A DNA stretch of 32,000 nucleotides from Candidatus Heimdallarchaeota archaeon (GTDB taxonomy: Archaea; Asgardarchaeota; Heimdallarchaeia; JABLTI01), in the NCBI GenBank assembly GCA_030614005.1, contig JAUWKS010000002.1:90001-122000 (forward strand), given 5' to 3'. Below are positions 1 through 9,220 of the stretch, in pieces; within the stretch, counting starts at the first letter, position 1; each line of letters opens with the position of its first letter. The notes under the pieces were generated by a model. That model searched no databases. It was not told where the DNA came from and saw nothing but the letters and a program-made list of their open reading frames with translations. A program made the translations under genes and the position numbers.

Positions 1-468
1 TTTTTCAGTTGGAGATTACCAGTCATTTTTATTCTTATGTGGATCTTTTCTCTACTACTACCTTTGTTTATATGGTTAATAGGTAGCTTTGCAATTCGTA
101 CTGCAGCCCGACTTCTTGGCGGTAAAGCTTCAAAAAAACAGATTCGAGGAATAGTAGGTTATGGTATGCTTCCACCAACTTTAGCATCATTATTCAATGC
201 TATTTTGTATGTTATTGCTTTACCATGGAATAGAACAAACATCTATGATTTTACAGAGGTTTTTGCAACAATGACTCGATTTCGTAATTCCTTTGCAGGC
301 ATCTTAGGTTTAATTATTAATATTTTAGGATTTGTGGTTGCAGGAGTATTTATTGTCTTTATGCTAAAACCAGCAAGCAATTTTTCATGGATTGAAGCAA
401 CGGTCTCAACGGGATTGCCAGTGATCCTCTTTATTGCACTATTGCTTACGTATTACTTTGCAACATGA
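1..468 (+). CDS. Yip1-like membrane protein, 5'-partial
   Basis: Frame is open from base 1 (FFSWRLPVIFILM...). Several TM helices; the segment AARLLGGKASKKQIRGIVGYGMLP resembles Yip1-family motifs. Confidence 0.55.
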   Translation, partial: FFSWRLPVIFILMWIFSLLLPLFIWLIGSFAIRTAARLLGGKASKKQIRGIVGYGMLPPTLASLFNAILYVIALPWNRTNIYDFTEVFATMTRFRNSFAGILGLIINILGFVVAGVFIVFMLKPASNFSWIEATVSTGLPVILFIALLLTYYFAT

Positions 469-606
469 GAGAGATTCAGAGGCGAGTTTACAGAAAACTA
501 TTTTGGCACATTCCACTAGAATTATATAGGTAATATTTCTTGACTAATTATTTGTATAATAAAAACTTCAGCAAATGTTTCGAGAAAATCGAAAGAGGAT
601 TAAAAA

Positions 607-2520
607 ATGTCAAAAGAAGCATCCCAGACAGATGAAGAAGAATTAGAACTTGAACCTAAAAGTGATGTAAAACAAAGTGAGCCTAAAAAAGAGTTAACTC
701 CAGAGGAAAAACAGACTAGGAAAAAGAAGATAATTCAAACCTCTATTATTGCTGTTGTTATTATTGGTCTGTCAATCGGGGCTTCCTTTCTCGGTCCAAC
801 AAATATGGAACCAGGGTTGTATCAAGTTCAGTTGGATATAACTGACGGTACTAACTCTTATACTATTACTTTTAATATCACAATGGCCACCAGTGCAAAT
901 ACACAACGGGTGGAATATATCATTAATCTTGGTAGTAGTGGTAAATCCTGTATCATTCTAACCAATCAAGCATTCAAATCATCGACTCAAACGAAAATTG
1001 AGTATCGAGTTGGCATTTTAGATTCAAATAATAGTTCCATTGAGACACTTGCTTTAACGGACCTTAGCTCTCAAATTGTAGGAGAGGGAATGGATAGAAA
1101 AATCCGGGCTACGATAATTGAAGAGATTCATAGCAACGAATTAGGGACTTTGGTTACTGTTGGATACTTTACGATGGCAATTCCATTTAAAGCAGGTATT
1201 GCCATAGGTTTGTTGGTCATAGTTGCAGGTCTTTGGATTTCTGAAATCGTTCCTACCATTGTAGGTGCATTTCTCGTACCAACTGTTATGGTTATTACAG
1301 GCATATCAGATACTGCGGTTGCATTACAACCATTTTTTGATCCAGTAATAGCCTTATTCTTTGGTGGGTTCATTATCGCTGAAGCACTCAAAAAACATAA
1401 TATTGATCGTCGTTTGGCTTTAGGTATTATTGGAAATGCTACTGCTCGTCCCAATCTTTTACTGCTAATTCTAATGGGATTAGCTGCTTTCCTTTCAATG
1501 TGGATGAGTAATACTGCGAGTGCAGCAGTAATGATACCAATTGCTATTGCAATGGTCGATCAAATAAAAACTAGTGGTCGAGACAAAGATATTTCTGGAT
1601 TCAAAAAAGCGTTAGTGTTAGGTATAGGTTATGCTGCTTCCACAGGTGGGATTGCCTCTGTTATTGGAACACCAGCGAATCCTATTGCTATAGCCGGTTT
1701 GAGTAATATTGGTATAGAAATTTCATTCCTCGAATGGTTCGCTTTTGGACTGCCTTTTGTAGTGATTATGCTTATTATTATCTGGGGGTATCTCCTTCTT
1801 GTCTTTAAACCAAAAGTCTCGAGGGAAAGTTTAGCTGATGCTCAAATTGTTTTCAAAAAGGATTTGAAAAAGATGGGAAAAATGAGCAAGAAACAATGGG
1901 TAACAGTGATTATTTTCTTGTTCACCATTGCGCTCTGGCTTCTTGCAAAAAGAATTAGCATTTGGACAAATGGAGTAATATCTCTTAGTTCTGGTATAAT
2001 TGCACTTATTGCTGTTGTGCTTATTTTTGGAGGTAATATATTAGAACCAAAAGATGTTAAGAAGGTTAATTGGAACGCACTTTTCCTTTTTGGTGGAGGA
2101 TTAGCACTAGGCAATGCGTTAGTTATTACAGGCATTGGTGATTGGATTGCCTCGAATATGGGCATTATCGAAGGGAAACACTACATCATTATTGCATTAA
2201 TTGTGGGTGGAATTTCATTGTTAGTAACTGCTGTTGCCAGCAATACAGCGAGTGCAGCTATGCTTATTCCTCTTGTCATTCCAATAGCAGTTAGTTTGAA
2301 AATTGATCCTATTATGTTAGTAGTTATAGTTGCAATTGGCTCAAGTGTGGATTATGCGTTAGTATTTGGTACTCCACCTACAATGATCAGTTACTCAACG
2401 GGATATTTCAGTGTTAAGGAAATATTTCGAGTTGGTTTTGTACTAGATATTATAGGAATACTACTCCTCTCAACTGTTTCAGTAGTCTTATGGGTGCTAT
2501 TCGGCTTGGTGGAGGTGTAA
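607..2520 (+). CDS. DASS/SLC13 anion:sodium symporter with N-terminal extension
   Basis: FLSMWMSNTASAAVMIP, IGTPANPIA, LFGGGLALG, ASNTASAAMLIP and GTPPT motifs; many TM helices. Confidence 0.92.
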   Translation: MSKEASQTDEEELELEPKSDVKQSEPKKELTPEEKQTRKKKIIQTSIIAVVIIGLSIGASFLGPTNMEPGLYQVQLDITDGTNSYTITFNITMATSANTQRVEYIINLGSSGKSCIILTNQAFKSSTQTKIEYRVGILDSNNSSIETLALTDLSSQIVGEGMDRKIRATIIEEIHSNELGTLVTVGYFTMAIPFKAGIAIGLLVIVAGLWISEIVPTIVGAFLVPTVMVITGISDTAVALQPFFDPVIALFFGGFIIAEALKKHNIDRRLALGIIGNATARPNLLLLILMGLAAFLSMWMSNTASAAVMIPIAIAMVDQIKTSGRDKDISGFKKALVLGIGYAASTGGIASVIGTPANPIAIAGLSNIGIEISFLEWFAFGLPFVVIMLIIIWGYLLLVFKPKVSRESLADAQIVFKKDLKKMGKMSKKQWVTVIIFLFTIALWLLAKRISIWTNGVISLSSGIIALIAVVLIFGGNILEPKDVKKVNWNALFLFGGGLALGNALVITGIGDWIASNMGIIEGKHYIIIALIVGGISLLVTAVASNTASAAMLIPLVIPIAVSLKIDPIMLVVIVAIGSSVDYALVFGTPPTMISYSTGYFSVKEIFRVGFVLDIIGILLLSTVSVVLWVLFGLVEV

Positions 2521-2561
2521 ACCAAAACCATCTTTTCTCTTTTTTTTCAAAAAAAATTTAC

Positions 2562-3467
2562 TTATCTTATTATGGCATTTTCGTAATCGTTAGGATGGAA
2601 AATTTTTATCACCCTTTTTTCATCAATAAGAGCAATTTTCGCTTGTATGTACTCATAATATTCTTCAGATGTGAACACACTTAGAACTTTCTTGTCAAAG
2701 AAATATTTGTATCCATCAGAAAATGCTTCATGAGCTCTAACTATCATTTCTAAATTGTTCATTTGTAGAAAATTTTCTACAATCTCTAATCCGAAGTTGA
2801 AAATCCCTGCTCCTCTCAAACTATGCTCGTATTGTAAAATTTCATTCTTAGGGTCATTCCATAGGAATTGCTTGATAGTTTCGTTATTTAGCTGCATATC
2901 TCCTTTTGGAAGTTTATCTATATCTTCAAGTAAACAAGGTTTTATTGGAATACCGCCGTGAACATAGAATATTTTTTGTTTTTCATGGACGAGTGTTAAA
3001 GGAAGTTCGCCGAAAGCATAGTTATAAAGTAAATATAAATCCTCATCTGCACCAAATGCTTGAACCTCATCAGCAAAGCCATACCGAGAGTTTACAGTAA
3101 TTACTTCATGATTTCCTCGAAGAAGATGAACGTTTTCTGGTTGTGCAATAATTAGAGCAAAAATTAGATTCAAACAAGCAATTGATTGGGAGCCTCTATC
3201 CACAACGTCGCCAATGAAAATAATATGATCAATTTGCCTATCCTTTTGAAAAATTGAGATGACTTTTTTCAGCATATTGAAATCGCCATGTATGTCCCCT
3301 ACCGCTAATACAGACCCTGTTTTGATTCTCTTACAAAGAGGTTGCTTTTTTAGTAAATAACGGATTTTTGCTATTAGAGTTCTAATGTCGTCTTCTTTTA
3401 GCTTTATTGCATAATCATAATTCTTTAGAATTTTAGTTGACAAAATCTCTGCATTTTTGTTGGACAA
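2562..3467 (-). CDS. PPP-family Ser/Thr protein phosphatase
   Basis: GDIHG, GDVVDRG, LRGNHE, VHGG, LWNDP and RAHE motifs. Confidence 0.92.
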   Translation of the reverse strand: MSNKNAEILSTKILKNYDYAIKLKEDDIRTLIAKIRYLLKKQPLCKRIKTGSVLAVGDIHGDFNMLKKVISIFQKDRQIDHIIFIGDVVDRGSQSIACLNLIFALIIAQPENVHLLRGNHEVITVNSRYGFADEVQAFGADEDLYLLYNYAFGELPLTLVHEKQKIFYVHGGIPIKPCLLEDIDKLPKGDMQLNNETIKQFLWNDPKNEILQYEHSLRGAGIFNFGLEIVENFLQMNNLEMIVRAHEAFSDGYKYFFDKKVLSVFTSEEYYEYIQAKIALIDEKRVIKIFHPNDYENAIIR

Positions 3468-3521
3468 AATACCACAACCATCAGCATTGAAATAGAAATA
3501 ATAAATTTTTTAAAGTAATGG

Positions 3522-4805
3522 TTACTCGCCTTTTAAGTCAGCTGTCTTTAAACGTACATTGCAGCTTGGACAAACGCCACGTACTTTAACAAATTCGAGA
3601 AAGTGTGAATAATGAGCAGGTTTCTTACAATTGGGGCACGTAACATATGCATCCCCTTGACTGATTTGACGTTTACAAACAATACATTTGTCTGATAAGT
3701 CCTCTGCTGCAATAGATTCTCCTTTATATGGCTCTGAAGCAATTTGTGAACCTATTCTGCGCAGAGAATTTACATAACTTTGTCTTTTAATGGGATTATT
3801 TGTTGAATCTGCTGCTTTATCATAATAAGTAATGGCATCAGAGGTACGTTTGCTTTTTTCCAAAACAGAAGCGATTTCTGCATATAAATCAGAAATGGCA
3901 ATCCCAGGGAAACTGGAGGATATTGCATCAATCATATCTTCAGCATCATCTACTCGTCCTTTTGCTGCGTATTCTCTAAAACGATCAAGTAAATCGAATT
4001 TTTCTAAATGTTGTTCTACTCGTAAAGCATCTTTTGGATTATTAGATCCATCATAGGCCTTTACTGCTTTTTTAAATGCCGTTTTAGCAGCTTTAATGCG
4101 ACCTTCTGACAAAGCTATTTCACCCTGACGTTCTTGTGAAACACCAGCTAAATCTTGTCGTCCCACTGAGTTATAAATATCCGCTGCAACTTGTGGTCGC
4201 TCTATAGCTCCATATTCGTGAGCAGCTACTGCAAGGATAGCATCTGCTTCCTCGTCTAAGTTAATGGCTCGGAGAAGATCACCAGCGATGGTATACTTCC
4301 CTCTATTAAAAGCATATTGAGCTAATCTTCTTACAGTACCAGCTCGAAGATTAACGGGTATATTATTTGATACAATATTAATTGCTCGAGAAACGTCATC
4401 TGCATCAATATACATTTTCACAACATCAAAATATGCATTTGCAAGTAAAAAGGAAATTTGAGCTCTCGCGGGATTAGAGCGTTCAAATCGTCTCCCTGTT
4501 TTAATCCAAAAAAATTGAGCCCCTTGTTTTCCCAATTTTTGAACTATCATTGATTCATACATTGGTCTTTTTTCAGGAGGCATTTGAAAGTAGAGGTCAG
4601 CGACTTCAGTTTGTTTATTCTGTTTCAAATACAAGCTTCCAGCAGATTGAAAGTCACCATATTCAAGGTAAGTTTGAATTGTTTTTATTGGTGCTTTCTT
4701 ATCTTTTTTCTTCTTTCGTTTAAGGGAAGCAATAATAATAATCAATAGCGCAATGCCAAATATAATAACAAATATAATCCAAGGGTCCGTTTTTTATCCC
4801 GCCAT
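3522..4805 (-). CDS. Membrane-anchored TPR/alpha-solenoid protein with C-terminal RING-like Zn finger; in-frame TAA at codon 4
   Basis: C-terminus CIVC..CPNC..H..H..CPSC. ATG at 4805 is in frame with the listed ORF (MAG*KTDPWIIFVIIFGIALLIIII) and completes a TM anchor. Confidence 0.7.
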
Positions 4806-4934
4806 TTATCTCCAAAGCGATTTTCTTTCTGTATAAGATATTTGAGCAATGTAGTATTAATACCTTTATTTTAAATAAAGCATTGCCTTGCTTACAGAAT
4901 CATAGAAATTACACGTTAAGGTTTTTGTGTTCTT

Positions 4935-6752
4935 CTATTTGTGTGCAAGATTAACAAATATTTTGCTCTTTGTTGTTTTATCTACTCTTACAAAACCATA
5001 TCTCTCAAATTGTACTATGGTATCTGGTTTTAATTTTGCAACACCAGCTTCAGCATAACCAGTTTCTATTTTCAAACTATTTTCATTGAATGTATCATCA
5101 ATGAATAAGACACCAGGTACCTTTACCTCAACTACAACAGTTTGTTTAGCATCTGCTACTACCCATTGAATTTTAGGGCCAGGTTTTAATTCTTCACCAA
5201 AATATTTTCCAATGCAATGGATAGGGAATTTCTTCAGAAAAGGTTTCAATTCTTCACTGATTTTCAGAGAATCAATTTTATTGAGATTAATTTTCTTTTT
5301 AGTTAATTTGACATTAAAAAGATCTTTAAGTCTAAATTCATCATTTACTTTCATATTCTCATAATCAGATTTGTCTATTAAGAAAATATTATTTGGTTTA
5401 ATTTTCCTAAAACCTCTCTTAGCATCATCGGGATGTAAAGGCATTTTGCAGATTCTGTTTTCAGGAGCACCCTCAATATGGATAACAATTGGTTCAGAAA
5501 CGAAGAAATAGCGATCAGAAGCAGCATCGATTATTTTCCTATTTGTAGCTGTTAGGAGGCTCCAATCGATATTGGTTGGTTGAGTAGTCATTCCAACTTC
5601 TTTTATAACTTGTTTAATAGCTTCAGGAACAATACCTCTTTTCTTCATTCCTTTAATTGTTACTAAACGAATATCATCCCACCCCTCTACTTTTCCTTCT
5701 TCTACTAAAGGCTTAATTTTTCTCTTGGAAGCAGGGCTGCCTAAAACATTGAATCGCGCATAGTGGAAAATGTTAGGATGGGGTATTAAACCTAATAATT
5801 CACGTATTTTATTTTGCAATTCTATTCTGGTATCAAATTCAGCACTGCGTCCCACATGTGTTATTCCACACAAATTATCCTCAACTGCAACAGCAAAATC
5901 GTAAAGTGGCCATACTGAATATTTCTCTCCTTGGATACAATGATCTCCCTTTCTAATTGCGAATATAGCTGGGTCTCTCATAACTGCATTTTTATTCTCC
6001 ATATCGCCTCTTACACGTAAGACTATTTCACCTTCATTATAATCTCCTGTGAGCATTTTCTTCCAATCGTTCATTGTATCGGCCGAACTTTTCTTAGAGT
6101 GGTTGCAAGATTTCATTTCTCCACGCATTTCTCTCATTTTATCAACGGAACAGGTGCACGTGTATGCATAATTCTTTTCAATAAGTTCAACTGCTTTTTC
6201 GTAAAAAATCGGCATGTCATTTGAAACAATTACTTCTTTAGTTGGATCTAACCCCAACCATTGCAAATCTTCTCGATGAGCATCCATGTATTCTACTCGC
6301 TCTTGTTTTGGATTTGTATCTTCAAATCGCAAAACAAATGTTCCATGATATTTCTTCGCATAGTAATCGGCAAAGAAAGCAGTATAAGCATGACCTAAAT
6401 GCATCTCACCATTTGGTTCGGGGGCATAACGAGTTACTACTTTGCCATCTACTGCATCTTTTAATGGTGGTAACTCTCTTGATCTTTTTTGAGATTCCTT
6501 TTTTGTAAGTAATTCCGGTGCAATTTTAGAAAGACGTTTTTGTTGCTCTTCAACTGAAAGAGCATTGATTGTTGGAATTATTTCTTCAACGAGATCTCTA
6601 ATTTGTTTGGAAAGCTTTCTTAGTTCAACATGAGTAGCCATTATTTTTTGCATAACCGATTTCTCATTTGCAGAACCATCATGGTGAACAGCATTTTCCA
6701 AACCATATTTAGTAATTAAATGTCGAGCAGTTTCAATATCCTTATTTGACAA
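4935..6752 (-). CDS. gltX: Archaeal glutamyl-tRNA synthetase
   Basis: TRYAPEPNG, HLGH (HIGH), LRFEDTNP, WPLYDF, degenerate KMSKS (PASKR), QFERYGF. Confidence 0.96.
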   Translation of the reverse strand: MSNKDIETARHLITKYGLENAVHHDGSANEKSVMQKIMATHVELRKLSKQIRDLVEEIIPTINALSVEEQQKRLSKIAPELLTKKESQKRSRELPPLKDAVDGKVVTRYAPEPNGEMHLGHAYTAFFADYYAKKYHGTFVLRFEDTNPKQERVEYMDAHREDLQWLGLDPTKEVIVSNDMPIFYEKAVELIEKNYAYTCTCSVDKMREMRGEMKSCNHSKKSSADTMNDWKKMLTGDYNEGEIVLRVRGDMENKNAVMRDPAIFAIRKGDHCIQGEKYSVWPLYDFAVAVEDNLCGITHVGRSAEFDTRIELQNKIRELLGLIPHPNIFHYARFNVLGSPASKRKIKPLVEEGKVEGWDDIRLVTIKGMKKRGIVPEAIKQVIKEVGMTTQPTNIDWSLLTATNRKIIDAASDRYFFVSEPIVIHIEGAPENRICKMPLHPDDAKRGFRKIKPNNIFLIDKSDYENMKVNDEFRLKDLFNVKLTKKKINLNKIDSLKISEELKPFLKKFPIHCIGKYFGEELKPGPKIQWVVADAKQTVVVEVKVPGVLFIDDTFNENSLKIETGYAEAGVAKLKPDTIVQFERYGFVRVDKTTKSKIFVNLAHK

Positions 6753-6832
6753 TGGAAGAACACCTAGGATGAATTTTTGTCTAATTATGAATCGTAAACT
6801 TTGTGTAATCCTTTAAATATTTCCTCTCACTA

Positions 6833-6975
6833 GCTGTTTCTATCACCAAACAATTTCTATTTGTTTTTCTACTCTGCCTATGCTTCAAGCCTTCTCTTCT
6901 TCGAGGTGGTTGCCCTCTCCGAGTTAGCATTATCATGATCAGCGAAGGAATGCATCTCAGCATCCATAGCAGTAT
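6833..6975 (-). ncRNA. Predicted structured RNA overlapping the 3' end of the Cas5-HD gene (copy 1)
   Basis: Shares a 15-nt motif (6950-6964) and a 10-nt motif (6833-6842) with 31787-31909, and has similar predicted stems formed by different sequences. Confidence 0.6.
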
Positions 6976-8017
6976 CAAGCTCTTCTCTTTTACTTGCCGA
7001 TAATGAGATATTTCCATTTTCCATTATTAATCTCCCATCATAATAATCATTTATAGCCAAATTGACCATAATTAAGAGATGGTTTCGTAAAGAATTTTTT
7101 CCATAACGCATTGACTCAACTATTCGGTTCAATTCTTTTGAGTGATAGATATGGGTATATAACTTCAAATGATTGTCTTGACTTTCTTCAAGTTCCTTTT
7201 TTAATTTTTGGAAATTAATTGAACCATTTTGTTTATCATAACGATAAGAAGTCATAGATGGTTTTTTTCGGGTGATAGAAGAAGCAAGTTTATCATAATG
7301 CTTCAAAATTGGTAAGAAAGGATTTGTGCTTTCTTCTCCGTTGTGGTGGTTCTTACAGGCTTCTTTAATCTCCTCATCCTCAATATCTATCCGTTGATAG
7401 ATTTTGCTTTGATGTTTCTCGGTATGAACGAAATCGTGAAGCATGAGAGCAATGAGTAATTGTTGTAATTCCTCGGGATAATCTGCTCGTATACCAGCTC
7501 GAATCTTGAGTTTTTTGTAGGGCCAAGTTTGCTTGCAAGCAGTACATCGTTTGAGTTTAGAAACCTTATCGTAGATAACCGTTGTGTTTTTACATTGTGG
7601 ACATTTCTCAGATAAAGGAACAGTTACAGTAGGAAACGTTTTTGTAAAATGCTTAATTTCACATGATTCCCAAATGACTCTACCATGCCCTTCAGCAGTC
7701 TTTGAACCCAAAAATGATTTCTGGAGAAATGGTTCTATTTTCCTCTTTAATTGTTCTTCTGAAAAACCCACGCAACTGATTTTAACAAATCCTCGGAATC
7801 CTCGTAAGACAGTAGGATACTGATTCTTACCATAGACCAATTTACCTACAGTTGTAAAGAGAGGTTTGTTTTCCTTCTTTGGATCTCCGACCACTTTTAC
7901 CAGACACCCATACTTCCAATATGTTGATTGTGAAACAATAACAGGATTGATTATTCGACCTACTAAGGTAATAATTTTTTTTTGTTTTAGTTGTAAGCTT
8001 TCCATTCGTCTAAACAC
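6878..8017 (-). CDS. Cas5-like RAMP fused to Zn ribbon and Cas10-type HD nuclease domain
   Basis: RAMP Gly loop FLGSKTAEGHGRV; CPQC..CTAC; LMLHDFVH, NHH and YDKLASSITR. Overlaps the cas7-like stop; ATG at 8005 is a plausible start. Confidence 0.72.
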   Translation of the reverse strand: MFRRMESLQLKQKKIITLVGRIINPVIVSQSTYWKYGCLVKVVGDPKKENKPLFTTVGKLVYGKNQYPTVLRGFRGFVKISCVGFSEEQLKRKIEPFLQKSFLGSKTAEGHGRVIWESCEIKHFTKTFPTVTVPLSEKCPQCKNTTVIYDKVSKLKRCTACKQTWPYKKLKIRAGIRADYPEELQQLLIALMLHDFVHTEKHQSKIYQRIDIEDEEIKEACKNHHNGEESTNPFLPILKHYDKLASSITRKKPSMTSYRYDKQNGSINFQKLKKELEESQDNHLKLYTHIYHSKELNRIVESMRYGKNSLRNHLLIMVNLAINDYYDGRLIMENGNISLSASKREELDTAMDAEMHSFADHDNANSERATTSKKRRLEA

Positions 8018-8919
8018 TCCTGTAAGAGATGATTTTGATTCTCAATTTGTTCAACTTCGAGGATAGCGATTTTTCCGTTAATCTCTGTACCTAACTTTCG
8101 TTCTTGGAAAATGCGCTCAAAAGTTATGTCTTTTATTTCTAATCGACCATAACCACTATTTTCTCCTTTGCCTAAATGAGTGATACCAAAAATTCCCTTA
8201 ACTAATAATCCAAGCAACCACTCAGGTAATTCTTTGGTAAATTCTACATAAAATTGAAATTCACCAGAGAAATATTGTTCAGAGAAATCTTGTAATGATT
8301 TGCCGTCTCGTCTTGCAGAGTGACGATTCTCAGTAGAAACATGAACAAAAGAAAGTCCTTTTTGAGCAGTAATTTTGTTTAGTGATTTATCAGTTTGGAT
8401 AAGCACATCACTCCACACTTTGATTAAAGATTTTTCTCCGAGCATACCAAAGAGTCGTCGAATAGCACAGGGACTTTCTCCACACTTTCCCATAAGGTGT
8501 TCATTTTCAAGAAGTGTAGGCTCTCCAGTCCCTTTGAATTGTTCTTTCATAGTTGGAGAACAATAACTTATTCCTTTTCCATGTAGAATATTCATGATAC
8601 TATGTCTAAGAGCTCCTCGTATACCTTTCACTGCTCGAGAGTTTCCATACTCCTCTTTTAGAATTGATACTTGTATTTTCGCATCTTTCTTCTTCTCAGA
8701 AGCTTTGGCTCTTAGCTCTTCTAAATCATCAAGAACTATATCTTTGTTTAGAATGAGAAATTCTTCCAAGTCAGACACTTTAACGTTTGTCTTTCCTTGA
8801 AATTGGTAAGGTATCTCTCCACCCTTCATAAGAAATGAACTTGATCCACTACTACCGTTTAGTGTTTTTGTAAAGTATGCATAGACTCTTATTGTTAACC
8901 GATTAAATGTTTGTGTCAT
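7987..8919 (-). CDS. cas7: Cas7-family RAMP (Csm3/Csf2-like)
   Basis: VKGIRGALRH, C..C Zn motif CGESPCAIRRLFG, EQYFSGEF and Gly loop LGKGENSGYGRLEI. Start placed at ATG 8919 (MTQTF) because 8920-8973 looks like promoter. Confidence 0.82.
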   Translation of the reverse strand: MTQTFNRLTIRVYAYFTKTLNGSSGSSSFLMKGGEIPYQFQGKTNVKVSDLEEFLILNKDIVLDDLEELRAKASEKKKDAKIQVSILKEEYGNSRAVKGIRGALRHSIMNILHGKGISYCSPTMKEQFKGTGEPTLLENEHLMGKCGESPCAIRRLFGMLGEKSLIKVWSDVLIQTDKSLNKITAQKGLSFVHVSTENRHSARRDGKSLQDFSEQYFSGEFQFYVEFTKELPEWLLGLLVKGIFGITHLGKGENSGYGRLEIKDITFERIFQERKLGTEINGKIAILEVEQIENQNHLLQECLDEWKAYN

Positions 8920-8926
8920 GATAACT

Positions 8927-8962
8927 AACCAATTAACCATATAGTCAACCATATATTTAAGC
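8927..8962 (-). promoter_or_regulatory. TATA-like box and direct-repeat operator upstream of cas7-like gene
   Basis: Minus strand reads TTAAATATAT about 35-40 nt upstream of ATG 8919. Plus strand has AACCATATA at 8935 and 8947 and AACCAATTA at 8927. Confidence 0.5.
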
Positions 8963-9011
8963 ATTTTGTACATAAGAAAATTAAAGAATAATCAAAGATA
9001 CAGTTAATTAG

Positions 9012-9200
9012 ATGGTACAAATGGGTGAAGCAAAGAAACCGACTATAAAATTCAAACGAAAAATCGTTGGAAATACGGGTGTAACAAGAATAACAATACC
9101 TAAAGAAATTACAAACGCATTAGACATTCACTTAGGAGAATATTGGGAAGTTTATGCTGAGGATAATGATACGATAATAGTGAAAAGAATCAAAGAATGA
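9012..9200 (+). CDS. AbrB/MazE/SpoVT-family DNA-binding protein
   Basis: RKIVGNTGVTRITIPKEITNALDIHLGEYWEV...IIVKR matches the swapped-hairpin pattern. Confidence 0.85.
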   Translation: MVQMGEAKKPTIKFKRKIVGNTGVTRITIPKEITNALDIHLGEYWEVYAEDNDTIIVKRIKE

Positions 9201-9220
9201 TAATGTTAGGTTCTCAATAG

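Noticed and set aside
1128-2165. Antisense ORFs within the transporter, and similar short shadow ORFs elsewhere
   Set aside because: Fully nested in well-supported genes with no independent signal.
6833-6964. Hammerhead ribozyme (CTGAGA and GAAAC)
   Set aside because: The core needs CUGANGA with a short stem II before GAAA; neither the sequence nor the spacing fits.
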